Below, piece by piece: positions 8,343-18,300 of a stretch of DNA of 39,561 nt (the first letter of the stretch is position 1; each line of letters opens with the position of its first letter). The translations under genes and the position numbers were made by a program. Source of the stretch: a bacterium (lineage in GTDB: Bacteria > Desulfobacterota > S145-22); contig JAOZMY010000008.1 of assembly GCA_029934085.1 (NCBI GenBank), forward strand, positions 2,468 to 42,028, in the 5' to 3' direction. A model generated the notes under the pieces. The model was given only the letters and a program-made list of their open reading frames with translations, searched no databases and was not told the DNA's origin.

Positions 8343-9286
8343 AAAAGGTGAGCATCATAGGAGCAGGCCATGTGGGAGCAACGGCGGGGCTCTACCTGCT
8401 GGAAAAGCGAATCGCCGACGTCGTGCTGGTCGACATCGTAGAGGGCATGCCCCAGGGAAAGGCCATGGACCTCTCCCACGCGGCGCCCCTACGGAAATAT
8501 CTCAACGCCATCGTAGGAACGAACGATTACAAGGACATCGAGGGATCGGACGTGGTGATCATCACCGCGGGGCTGCCCCGTAAGCCGGGGATGTCACGGT
8601 CCGACCTCCTCGGGATCAACGCCAAGATCGTGGGAGGTGTGGCGGAGCAGGTCAAGACCTACGCGCCCGACGCCGTGGTCATCGTGGTGACCAACCCACT
8701 GGATGTCATGTGCCACGTGGTCAAGGAAACCACGGGCTTTCCGAAAAACCGCGTCATGGGCATGGCGGGGGTTCTCGACTCCACCCGTTTCCGGCTCTTC
8801 ATCGCCACGGAGCTGGGGGTGCATCTGAACGACGTGGTAGCCCTCGTCCTGGGAGGACACGGCGACGACATGGTGCCGCTTCCCCGGTACACCTCCGTCT
8901 CCGGCATCCCCATCACGGAACTCCTCTCCGCCGAGACCATCGAGCGTCTCGTGGCGCGGACCCGCACAGGGGGCGGGGAGATCGTGGGGCTCCTCAAGGA
9001 GGGCAGCGCTTTCTACGCCCCGGCCTCGTCCATTACGGAGATGACAGAGGCCATCATCCTGAACATCCGGAGAATCCTCCCTGTGTCCGCCTACCTGGAG
9101 GGGGAATACGGCCTGCATGACGTCTACGTGGGTGTGCCGGCCGTCCTGGGGGCCAACGGGATCGAGGAGGTGCTGGAGCTGGCCCTGACAGACGAGGAGA
9201 AAGAGGCGCTCAAATCCTCGGCCGGCTCCGTGGCGAAGAACGTGGCCCTCTGGAAGGAAATGCGCGAAAAGGAAGCAAAATCATGA
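8339..9286 (+). CDS. mdh: Malate dehydrogenase (LDH-like MDH, canonical motifs)
   Basis: 315 aa with GAGHVG, GLPRKPGMSRSDL, VTNPLD, LDSTR and GGHGD. ATGA overlap with the upstream paralog. Confidence 0.9.
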   Translation: MKKVSIIGAGHVGATAGLYLLEKRIADVVLVDIVEGMPQGKAMDLSHAAPLRKYLNAIVGTNDYKDIEGSDVVIITAGLPRKPGMSRSDLLGINAKIVGGVAEQVKTYAPDAVVIVVTNPLDVMCHVVKETTGFPKNRVMGMAGVLDSTRFRLFIATELGVHLNDVVALVLGGHGDDMVPLPRYTSVSGIPITELLSAETIERLVARTRTGGGEIVGLLKEGSAFYAPASSITEMTEAIILNIRRILPVSAYLEGEYGLHDVYVGVPAVLGANGIEEVLELALTDEEKEALKSSAGSVAKNVALWKEMREKEAKS

Positions 9287-10122
9287 GAGAAATTCCCGTC
9301 AGCGAAATCACCGAAACCGTCGCCCGTCTCTGCATCGAGGCCAACATCGACCTGGGCGCCGATGTGGAGGAGGCCTTCCGGAGGATGAAAGAGACCGAGG
9401 ACTCCCCCACCGGGAAGGAGGTGCTCGATCTCCTCCTCAAGAACGCGCAGATCGCCCGGGAGGAACGGATGCCCATCTGCCAGGACACGGGCCTGGCCGT
9501 CGTCTTCATCGACGTGGGGCAGGACGTCCATTTCACGGGCGGTTCCCTGGAGGAGGCCATTCACGAGGGGGTCCGCCAGGGCTACGAGAAAGGATACCTG
9601 AGGAAATCGACCTGCCATCCCTTCACCCGGAAGAACCTGGGAGACAACACCCCCGCCATCATCCACACCCGCATCGTTCCCGGCGACAAGGTGCGGATCG
9701 TCGTGGAGCCGAAGGGGGGAGGCAGCGAGAATATGAGCCGCGTGGTGATGCTCGCTCCCGCCGAGGGGATTGAGGGGATCAAGGCCTATATCCTCCAGCG
9801 GGTCAAGGAATCGGGGTCGAACCCTTGTCCACCCATCGTCGTGGGGGTGGGGATCGGCGGGACCTTCGAACGGGCCGCCTTCCTCGCCAAAAAGGCCACG
9901 CTCCGGCCCATCGGAACGAAAAACCCCGATCCCGAACTGGACGCGCTGGAGCAGGAGCTCCTTGAAAAGATCAACAAAATCGGCATCGGCCCGGGGGGAC
10001 TGGGAGGCCGAACCACGGCTCTGTCCGTCCACATCGAGATGATGCCCTGCCACATCGCCTCGTTGCCGCTTGCCGTCAACATCCAATGCCACGCCGGCCG
10101 TCACAAAGAGGCCATCCTTTAG
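9283..10122 (+). CDS. Class I (Fe-S) fumarate hydratase, alpha-type subunit (fumarate/tartrate hydro-lyase family)
   Basis: 279 aa with the PICQDTG motif and further Cys ligands (NPCPP, IQCHAG) typical of the N-terminal domain/subunit of Fe-S hydro-lyases. ATGA overlap with mdh. Confidence 0.87.
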   Translation: MREIPVSEITETVARLCIEANIDLGADVEEAFRRMKETEDSPTGKEVLDLLLKNAQIAREERMPICQDTGLAVVFIDVGQDVHFTGGSLEEAIHEGVRQGYEKGYLRKSTCHPFTRKNLGDNTPAIIHTRIVPGDKVRIVVEPKGGGSENMSRVVMLAPAEGIEGIKAYILQRVKESGSNPCPPIVVGVGIGGTFERAAFLAKKATLRPIGTKNPDPELDALEQELLEKINKIGIGPGGLGGRTTALSVHIEMMPCHIASLPLAVNIQCHAGRHKEAIL

Positions 10123-10131
10123 GGGGAACCC

Positions 10132-10692
10132 ATGAGCCGTGAAATCAGACTTGAAACCCCGTTGACCGACGCCGACGTCATCCCGCTTCGGATCGGCGAC
10201 CGGGTCTTGCTTTCCGGGATCATCTATACCGCCCGAGACGCCGCCCACAAGCGGCTCATTGACCTGATGGACAATAACCAGCCCCTTCCCTTCGATATCC
10301 AGGGGGCGGTCATCTACTACGTGGGCCCGGCCCCAGCCCCGCCAGGAAAACCGATCGGGTCGGCGGGCCCCACCACCAGCTACCGAATGGATCCCTTCGC
10401 GCCACGCCTCATGGCAGCGGGCCTGAAGGGCATGATCGGTAAAGGAAACCGCTCCCAAGAGGTCATCGAGGCCATCCAGAAGCATAAGGCCATCTATTTC
10501 GGGGCCATCGGCGGCGCCGGCGCCCTCATCGCCAAGAGCATCGTCTCCAGTGAGATCATTGCCTACGAGGACCTGGGCCCGGAAGCCATCCGAAGGCTCG
10601 AGGTTCGGGACTTGCCTCTTTTCGTGATAAATGATACCGTCGGCGGCGATCTTTATCAGGAAGGGATGAAGCGGTATGCACAGGCCCCATGA
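10132..10692 (+). CDS. Class I (Fe-S) fumarate hydratase, beta-type subunit
   Basis: 186 aa with GIIYTARDAAHKRL and GKGNRS blocks typical of the Fe-S hydro-lyase beta-type domain. Lies 9 nt after the alpha subunit. Confidence 0.87.
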   Translation: MSREIRLETPLTDADVIPLRIGDRVLLSGIIYTARDAAHKRLIDLMDNNQPLPFDIQGAVIYYVGPAPAPPGKPIGSAGPTTSYRMDPFAPRLMAAGLKGMIGKGNRSQEVIEAIQKHKAIYFGAIGGAGALIAKSIVSSEIIAYEDLGPEAIRRLEVRDLPLFVINDTVGGDLYQEGMKRYAQAP

Positions 10693-10757
10693 ACGAGGCT
10701 TTTTTCTTTCAGGCATCGGCCTGAGCACCCCATAAAAAACGACCACCGAGGTTAGGG

Positions 10758-11168
10758 ATGAAGATACGGTTATCACGCGAAAATGTCAGAGGCGAATTTG
10801 TCAAAAAAGTGGAAATGATTAGTGGTGAGGACCTGCTTAAGTGCTACCAGTGCGGAAAGTGCTCCGCGGGATGCCCCGCGGCCTTCGAGATGGATATCCT
10901 TCCCTCCCACGTCATCCGGCTGGCCCAGATGGGGCAGGAGGAGGAACTCTCCAAGGTCAACAGCTACTGGATCTGCCTCTCCTGCCAAACCTGCACCGTC
11001 CGGTGCCCCCGCGGGGTGGACATCGCCAAGATCATGGAGGCCTTGCGCCTGGTCACCCTGCGTCAGAAGAACCAAAACAAGGTGGAAGCCACCGCCCTGC
11101 CCACGGAACTGCTGGCCGAGCTTCCCCAGATCGCCATTGTCAGCAACCTGCGCAAGATGAGCGGGTAA
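10758..11168 (+). CDS. hdrC: Heterodisulfide reductase subunit C-like 2x[4Fe-4S] protein (HdrC-1)
   Basis: 136 aa with two CxxCxxCxxxCP motifs (CYQCGKCSAGCP, CLSCQTCTVRCP) at HdrC-like spacing. Confidence 0.85.
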   Translation: MKIRLSRENVRGEFVKKVEMISGEDLLKCYQCGKCSAGCPAAFEMDILPSHVIRLAQMGQEEELSKVNSYWICLSCQTCTVRCPRGVDIAKIMEALRLVTLRQKNQNKVEATALPTELLAELPQIAIVSNLRKMSG

Positions 11169-11180
11169 GAGGGGATATTT

Positions 11181-12059
11181 ATGAAAATTCCTTACTATCC
11201 AGGATGCACGTTGAAAACCAAGGCCAAGGACCTGGAGGACTCCGCCATCGCGGCCGCCAAGGTCCTGGACATCGAGATGGAGGAACTCCCGCGCTGGAAC
11301 TGCTGCGGGACCGTTTACTCCCTGGCCTCGGACGACCTCATCCATCAGGTCGGCTCTATCCGGAACCTGGTGCGGGTCAAGGAACAGGGAGCCAACCAGG
11401 TCGTGACCCTCTGCTCCATGTGCTACAACACCCTGAAGCGGGCCAACGAGTTCTTTCTCGCCGACGAGGAGAAACAGGACCGCATCAACCGCTACATGGA
11501 CGAGGAGATCGACTACACGGGAGACGTCGCCGTGGTGCACCTCCTGGAGATCCTGCGGGACGAAGTGGGCATGGAGAAGATTAAGGCGGCCGTCAAGAAA
11601 CCGTTGACGGGCTTGAAGGTCTCTCCCTACTACGGGTGCATGTTGCTGCGGCCCGCCTCCATCGGGATCGACAACACGGAACGGCCCACGGTGATGGAGG
11701 ACCTCCTGCGAGCCCTGGGGGCGGAGGTTATCGACGACCCCTACAAGACCGAGTGCTGCGGTGCCTATCAGACCGTCAACCGCAAGGACGTGGTGGTCAC
11801 CTGCGTCCACAGCATCCTCACCTCGGCCCAGCGAAACGGGGCGGAGGTCATCGCCTTGAGCTGTCCCCTTTGTGACTTCAACCTGGACAACCGGCAGAAG
11901 GACATCCTCCAGACCTACAAAGGGTTCCATCCCATACCGGTCCTCTACTTCACCCAGTTGATGGCCATCGCCTTCGGCCTGGACGAATCGGTCTGCCGAT
12001 TCGAGCTGTCCTACAACGATCCCAGGCCGCTACTCAAATCCAAGGGGCTGATCGAATGA
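11181..12059 (+). CDS. hdrB: Heterodisulfide reductase subunit B-like protein, two CCG domains (HdrB-1)
   Basis: 292 aa with two complete C-Xn-CCG-Xm-CxxC units (YPGC/NCCGT/LCSMC and YYGC/ECCGAY/SCPLC). Confidence 0.88.
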   Translation: MKIPYYPGCTLKTKAKDLEDSAIAAAKVLDIEMEELPRWNCCGTVYSLASDDLIHQVGSIRNLVRVKEQGANQVVTLCSMCYNTLKRANEFFLADEEKQDRINRYMDEEIDYTGDVAVVHLLEILRDEVGMEKIKAAVKKPLTGLKVSPYYGCMLLRPASIGIDNTERPTVMEDLLRALGAEVIDDPYKTECCGAYQTVNRKDVVVTCVHSILTSAQRNGAEVIALSCPLCDFNLDNRQKDILQTYKGFHPIPVLYFTQLMAIAFGLDESVCRFELSYNDPRPLLKSKGLIE

Positions 12060-13399
12060 GCGAGACCTTCGAGAAAAAGGCCCTCATCGTGGGCGGCGGC
12101 GTGGCGGGGATCCAGGCAGCCCTGGACATCGCCGACGGCGGCTACCAGGTCATCCTGGTGGAGCGAACCCCGTCCATCGGCGGCCACATGGTCCAGCTCT
12201 CCGAGGTTTTCCCCACCCTGGACTGTCCCCAGTGTATCCTGACCCCCAAGATGGTCATGTGCGGGCAGCACCCCAACATCGACATCAAGGCCTACTGCGA
12301 GGTGGAATCGGTCACGGGAGAAGTAGGCAACTTCACCGTCAAGATCCGCCACAAGGCTACCTACGTGGACTGGGACGCCTGCACCGGCTGCGGCCAGTGC
12401 GAGCAGAAATGTCCCACCAAGGCCCCCTCCGAGTTTAACCGTGAACTCGCCTTCGGACCCCGGAAGGCCATCTACAGCCCCTTCGCCCAGGCGGTCCCCA
12501 ACAAGCGGGTCATCGATCCGGACCACTGCCTGAAGCTCACCAAGGACAAGTGCGGGATCTGCGCCAAGGTCTGCCCCACCCAGGCCATCCGCTACGACCA
12601 GAAGGACTGGTTTGAAGAAATCAAAGTGGGGGCCATCATCGTGGCCACCGGTTACGAGCTCTACAAGAAGGAGAACCTCACCGAATATGCCACCGATCCG
12701 GACGTCATCGACGGCTTGGAGTTCGAGCGGATCCTCTGTCCCTCCGGGCCCACCGCGGGGGTCATCCGGCGCCCCTCGGACGAGAAAGAGCCGAAGGAGG
12801 TGGTCTTCGTCCAGTGCGCCGGCTCCCGGGACCCCGACAAGCACCTCCCCTACTGTAGCCGGGTCTGCTGCATGTACTGCTGCAAGATGGCCATGCTCTA
12901 CAAGCACGCCGTGCCCGACGGGCAGGCCTACATCTTTTACATCGACGTGCGCACCGACGGGAAGATGTACGAGGAGTTCTACCAGCGGGGGGTGGAGGAG
13001 GATCGGATTGTCTATCTCCGGGGCAAGGTCTCCAAGATCTTCCGTCAGGGCGACAAAATCGTCGTCTTCGGTATGGACACCCTCACGGGAAAACGGGTGG
13101 AGGTGGAAGCGGATCTGGTGGTCCTGGCCATGGCCATGATCCCCAACCCCGCCGGGGAGAAAGTGAAAAAGGTCCTCAACCTGAAAACCGATCAGTTCGG
13201 GTTCATCACCGAGGCCCACGCCAAGCTGCACCCCGTGGAGACGGGCATCGACGGCATCTTCGTGGCGGGAACCGCCCAAGCCCCCAAGGACATTCCTGAG
13301 ACGGTGGCCCAGGCGGGCGGTGCCGCCAGCAAGGTCCTCTCCCTCTTCTCCGGGGTTGAAAAGGGACAAGAAGCCGTGTTGAAGGAGCTGACAGGATGA
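12056..13399 (+). CDS. hdrA: HdrA-type flavoprotein, short form (FAD domain plus inserted ferredoxin domain; no N-terminal or C-terminal domains)
   Basis: 447 aa with GGGVAGIQAALD dinucleotide motif, FPTLDCPQC, inserted Cys motifs CTGCGQCEQKCP and CLKLTKDKCGICAKVCP, and VFVQCAGSRDPDKHLPYCSRVCC. ATGA overlaps at both ends. Confidence 0.85.
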   Translation: MSETFEKKALIVGGGVAGIQAALDIADGGYQVILVERTPSIGGHMVQLSEVFPTLDCPQCILTPKMVMCGQHPNIDIKAYCEVESVTGEVGNFTVKIRHKATYVDWDACTGCGQCEQKCPTKAPSEFNRELAFGPRKAIYSPFAQAVPNKRVIDPDHCLKLTKDKCGICAKVCPTQAIRYDQKDWFEEIKVGAIIVATGYELYKKENLTEYATDPDVIDGLEFERILCPSGPTAGVIRRPSDEKEPKEVVFVQCAGSRDPDKHLPYCSRVCCMYCCKMAMLYKHAVPDGQAYIFYIDVRTDGKMYEEFYQRGVEEDRIVYLRGKVSKIFRQGDKIVVFGMDTLTGKRVEVEADLVVLAMAMIPNPAGEKVKKVLNLKTDQFGFITEAHAKLHPVETGIDGIFVAGTAQAPKDIPETVAQAGGAASKVLSLFSGVEKGQEAVLKELTG

Positions 13400-15366
13400 A
13401 GCCCCGCATCGGTGTGTTCGTCTGCCATTGCGGTCTGAACATTGCGGCGACCGTAGAGGTCAGCGAGGTCGTCAAGGCCATCAAGGACTATCCGGGCGTG
13501 GTCCACGCTCAGGACTACATCTACATGTGCTCCGATCCCGGCCAGGAGCTGGTCCGCAAGGCCATCCGGGAAAAGAATCTGACCGGTCTGGTCATGAGCA
13601 ACTGTTCTCCCTCCCTTCATGAACGGACCTTCCGGAATTTGGCCGCCTCCGAGGGGTTGAACCCCTACCTCGTGGAGGTGGCCAACATCCGGGAATACTG
13701 TAGCTGGCCCCACCAAGGCGATAAGGAGACCGCCACCAAGAAGGCCCTCACCATCATCAAGGCCACCATCGAACGGGTCAAGCGGAACCAGGCCCTCGTT
13801 CCCCTCATCGTGCCCCTCCAGAAGCGGGTCCTCGTCCTGGGCGGCGGCGTGGCGGGGATGCAGACGGCCCTGGATATCGCCGAGGGGGGCTATCCCGTCA
13901 CCATCCTGGAGAAGGAGGCCTACCTGGGCGGGCGGGTGCGCCAGCTGGACCGCACCTTCATTTCCCTGGAATCGGCCCCCGATCTCGTCAACGAGATGAT
14001 CGACCGCACCCTGAAACAGCCGAACATCGAGGTGTTGACCACCGCGCAGATCGAGAATCTCAGCGGCTACGTGGGAAATTTCGAGGTACGGATTCGCCAG
14101 CAGATTCCCTGGGTCGATCCCGACAAGTGCAACGGCTGCGAGGCCTGTATTACCGCCTGTCCGGCGGAGGTGCCCTCGGCCTTCGACCGGGGGTTGGTCA
14201 CGCGGAAGGCTATCGACTGGACGCCAGGGGAACGGTCCGGCGACAAGAGCATCTTCCTCGACCACCAGGTGTGCCGGCGCGTCACCCACCAGGAGAACTG
14301 CACCGCCTGCCAAGAGGCCTGCAAGGAAGGAGCCATCGCTTATCCGGAAGATCGGTTTATCGAACAAACCTACGGGGCCATCGTAGTAGCCACGGGACAC
14401 GACCTCTACCGGAAGTCCGCTTTGACGGAATACGCGGAGGACCCCGATGTCCTGGATGCCCTTCAGTTCGAGCGGATGCTGGCAGAGGACGGACCCACGG
14501 GCGGCAAGGTGATGCGTCCCTCCGACGGCAAGGTCCCCAAGGAGGTGGTCTTCGTCCAGTGCGCCGGGTCCCGGGACCCTGACAAGCATTTCCCCTACTG
14601 TTCCAAGGTCTGCTGCATGTACACCTGTAAGGAGGCCCGCCGTTACAAAGAGAAGGTTCCCGACGGCCAGGCCTATCTTTTCTACATCGACATCCGTTCC
14701 ACGGGGAAGGGCTACGAGGAGTTCGTCAAGGAGAGCGTGGAGAAAGAGCGTCTCCTCTACCTCAAAGGAAAGGTCTCCAAGATCGCCCGGCAGGGGGATA
14801 AACTCCTTGTTCTGGGGGGCGACACCATCACGGGGGTGCAGGTGGAGATCGAGGCCGATCTGGTAGTCTTGGCTATGGCCACGGTTCCTAATCCGGGGGC
14901 CAAGGAACTGGCCCGGCTCCTGAACATCAATACCGATCCCTACGGGTTCATTCAGGAAGCCCACCCCAAGCTGGCGCCGGTGGAGACCCTGACGGCGGGG
15001 ATCTATCTCGCCGGGACCTCCCAGGCCCCTAAGGATATCCCCCACACCATCTACCAGGCGGGCGGGGCCGCGTCAAAGATTCTCTCCCTCTTCTCCAGGA
15101 AGGAGCTGGTTCACGAGCCCCTCGTGGCGCGCGTGGACACGGAGATCTGCGCGGGCTGCGGCTACTGCCGCGACAACTGCGCCTTCCAAGCGGTGGATGT
15201 GGATCCCATTCGGAAGAAGGCGGTCGTTAACGAGGCCCTCTGCGAGGGGTGTGGCGCCTGCGCAACGGCCTGTCCCTCGGGGGCCATTCAGGTTAAGAAT
15301 TTGGATTCCAAGCAGGTTTTTGATATGATTTCCATCGTAACACAAGACTACTCATTGCAGCCGTAA
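13396..15366 (+). CDS. hdrA: HdrA-type flavoprotein, full-length architecture
   Basis: 656 aa. HdrA N-terminal domain (IGVFVCHCGLNIA), GGGVAGMQTALD, inserted ferredoxin (CNGCEACITACP), VFVQCAGSRDPDKHFPYCSKVCC, and C-terminal 2x[4Fe-4S] ferredoxin (CAGCGYCRDNC, CEGCGACATACP). Lacks the TLDCxxC motif (has SLESAPD). Confidence 0.9.
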   Translation: MKPRIGVFVCHCGLNIAATVEVSEVVKAIKDYPGVVHAQDYIYMCSDPGQELVRKAIREKNLTGLVMSNCSPSLHERTFRNLAASEGLNPYLVEVANIREYCSWPHQGDKETATKKALTIIKATIERVKRNQALVPLIVPLQKRVLVLGGGVAGMQTALDIAEGGYPVTILEKEAYLGGRVRQLDRTFISLESAPDLVNEMIDRTLKQPNIEVLTTAQIENLSGYVGNFEVRIRQQIPWVDPDKCNGCEACITACPAEVPSAFDRGLVTRKAIDWTPGERSGDKSIFLDHQVCRRVTHQENCTACQEACKEGAIAYPEDRFIEQTYGAIVVATGHDLYRKSALTEYAEDPDVLDALQFERMLAEDGPTGGKVMRPSDGKVPKEVVFVQCAGSRDPDKHFPYCSKVCCMYTCKEARRYKEKVPDGQAYLFYIDIRSTGKGYEEFVKESVEKERLLYLKGKVSKIARQGDKLLVLGGDTITGVQVEIEADLVVLAMATVPNPGAKELARLLNINTDPYGFIQEAHPKLAPVETLTAGIYLAGTSQAPKDIPHTIYQAGGAASKILSLFSRKELVHEPLVARVDTEICAGCGYCRDNCAFQAVDVDPIRKKAVVNEALCEGCGACATACPSGAIQVKNLDSKQVFDMISIVTQDYSLQP

Positions 15367-15376
15367 GGAGAAGGGA

Positions 15377-18300
15377 ATGGCAAACAATCGGGTTTTGGTG
15401 GTCGGAAGCGGCGTCAGTGGTTGGGCGGCTGCGCTGAATCTTGCCTCGTCCGGTGTCCAGGTTTCCCTCATCGAGCAGGCCCCGTTCTTAGGGGGAACCC
15501 TCACGCAGGTGGAACGCCAGTTTCCCACGAACCGCTGCCTCATGTGCACCCTGCTGCCTGTAACGGAGCGGGTGGAGGCCGCGGAATTCTGCCTCCGCAG
15601 GGACTTCTACCATCCTTTCATCGACGTGCATCTCCTCACCGCCCTCAAGAAAGTGGAGGGGGAGGCGGGGAACTTCACTGTCCAGCTGGAGACGAAACCG
15701 CGCTACGTCGTCGAGGAGGCCTGCATCGCCTGCGGCAAGTGTGAGGCGGTCTGCCCGGAGGAGGTACCCGACCCCTTCAACGGCAACCTCTCCAACCGCA
15801 AGGCCATCTACGCTCGGTCGCCCCAGGGGATCCCCCATGTTTACGTCATCGACGAGGCCGTCTGCACGAAGTGCGGCAAGTGCGTGGAGGCCTGTCCCAC
15901 GAATGCCATCGACCTCAAGCAAGAGACAAAGTCCTGGGATCTGAACGTGGCCGCCGTCGTCGTGGCCGCCGGCTTCGATCTTTTCGATCCTAACAACCTC
16001 CTCCAGTACGGCTGGGGCCGGTATCCTGACGTCCTAACCAGCCTCCAGTTGGAACGACTCCTCAGCGAGACGGGCCCCACCCAGGGGAACTGGGTGCGGC
16101 AGGCCACGGGCGAGCCGGTCAAGAAGGTCGCCTTCATCCAATGCGTCGGGTCCCGGGATGTGGACCACCCCTACTGTTCCTCCGCCTGCTGCATGATCGC
16201 TCTGAAGGAGGCCATGTTCGTCAAGGAGAAAAACCCCGAGATCGAAACGACCCTCTACTACATGGACCTGCGAGATTTCGGCAAGGGATATTACCGCTAC
16301 CGGGAACAGGCGGCGGCCATGGGTGTGAAATTCGTGGCCTCGCGGGTCCCGGATGTGAAATACAACCCCGCCACAAAGCAGTTGCTCATCCGTCATATCG
16401 GGGACAACGACGCTGTGACGGAGGAGGCAGTGGACCAGGTGATTCTCGCTGTGGGCCAGACCCCGTCGGACAAAAGCGGCACCCTGGCCGGGATGCTGGA
16501 TCTGGAGAAAGACGAGGGCGGCTATCTGGTGGCCACCGACCTGAATACCACGGCCACCCGGCGGGACGGCATCTACATCTGCGGCTCCGTCCGGGAGCCA
16601 AAGGATATCCCTGACGCCATCTGCGAAGGGGATGCCGCGGCGGCCCAGGCGATCCGCTGGGTGGAAGGTCCTCGCCTGGAAGAAGAAAAGGAAGCCCATC
16701 CCGAGGTGGAGTTGGAACCACCCAAGGTCGGTATTTTCTTGTGCCGATGTGGGGACGAGATCGCCGCGCGACTCGACCTGCCGAGCCTCGCGGAGGAACT
16801 ACGGAAACGGGGGAACGTGGCCTTCGTGCAGGAGGTGGACTACCTCTGCCTGAAGGAAACCACCGATTCCCTCGTCAAACAGATCAAGGACTCCAAGGTC
16901 AACCGAGTGGTCTTCGCCGCCTGCGTGCCCTACCGTTTCGAGCAACAGTTCCGGTCCATCCTGAAAGAGGCGGGGCTGCCGGAGAATTTCATGACCATCA
17001 CGAGCATCCGAGAGCAGGTGGCCTGGGTGCATGAGGCAGATTCTGAATCGGCCCGCCGGAAGGCGGCGGCGATGGTGGCGGCCGCCATCGACCGCGTCGC
17101 GGGGGAAATCCCCCGTACGCAGGCTACGCAGCCGGTCACCGGAAAGGTCCTTGTCATCGGCGGCGGCGTGGCAGGACTGACCGCCAGCCAGTTCCTCGCC
17201 GAACAGGGCGTGCCGGTGGATCTGGTGGAGATCGAGGAGAACCTGGGAGGGAACTTCAAGACGACCCATTTCCTCCTGGGAGGGAGCGATCCCCAGGCCT
17301 TCCTCGGGGATCTTATTGAGAAGGTCCAGACGAACGAGAACATCCGTGTCCTTACAAAGACCCGGGTGACAGCGAAGGAAGGGAGCCTGGGCCGATTCGT
17401 GATAACCCTCGAAACCCCGGAGGAAACGTTCAAAGAGGTCTATGGAGGCGTCATCCTCGCCACGGGGGCCAAAGAACACGAGGTTACCGAGTATGCCTAT
17501 GGCCAGCACCCCGCCGTCGTGACCATGCGGGAATTCGGGGAGAAGCTCTCGGATCCCTCCATGCCCGCGCCGAAGGACCTTGTCTTCATCCAGTGCGTCG
17601 GCTCCCGGGAGGGGGATCACCCCTACTGCAGCCGCTACTGCTGCTCCAAGGCCCTGGCCCACGCCTTGGAGGTCAAGCAGCGCTGGCCGGAATGTCAGGT
17701 TTCCGTCCTCTATCGGGACATCATGACCTACGGGAATAGGGAACGGGCCTACACGGAGGCGCGGGAGATGGGAATCCACTTCTTCCGTTACGGCGTGGAC
17801 GACAAACCCGCCGTGGAGGTAGGTGGAGACGTGGTGACCGTCCGGTTTACCGATCCCGTCCTGGGCGGAAAGGTGACCGTCTCGCCCGACTTTCTCGTGT
17901 TGAGCAACGGGGCCGAGGCGGATGATCGGGAGGGCATGGCCGATCTTTTCGGATTAGAGACCACGGAGGACGGTTTCTTCAAGGAGGCGGAGGTGAAATT
18001 CCGCCCGGTGGACGCCCCGGAGGCAGGAATTTGGCTCTGTGGGCTTGCCCTCGGCCCGAAGAATGTGAACGAGGTGATTATTCAAGCCGAGGCCGCTGCG
18101 GCGCGGGCCCTCACCGTCCTGAGGAAACAGGCATTGCGGCTCCCCCACGTGAAGGCGTGGGTCAGCCCACGGCGGTGTTCCGCCTGTGAGATGTGCGTGG
18201 ACGCCTGCCCCTACCATGCCCGGATCAAGGACGAAGACCTGGGCTATGTGGTGGTGCGGGAGGCCCTCTGCCAGGGCTGCGGCGTCTGCACGACCGTCTG

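Noticed and set aside
13396-13399. Possibility that the 447-aa and 656-aa hdrA ORFs are one gene broken by a frameshift or read-through (given that a fused 1000-aa paralog exists)
   Set aside because: The two ORFs are in different frames and joined by a typical ATGA coupling overlap. The second starts with a native-looking HdrA N-terminus (MKPRIGVFVCHCG). I saw no homopolymer or slippery sequence at the junction. A split pair is the simpler reading.
9124-15045. Very long antisense ORFs (9124-10776, 10773-11930, 12011-13369 and 13192-15045; likewise 16799-17779, 19051-19965, 22355-23656 and 27883-29067) opposite the fumarase, Hdr, Sdh and Por genes
   Set aside because: Their translations are low-complexity and rich in G/D/R/H/P/L, with no recognisable motifs. 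Each lies entirely opposite a plus-strand ORF with clear family signatures. Stop-poor antisense frames are expected where third-codon positions are GC-rich.
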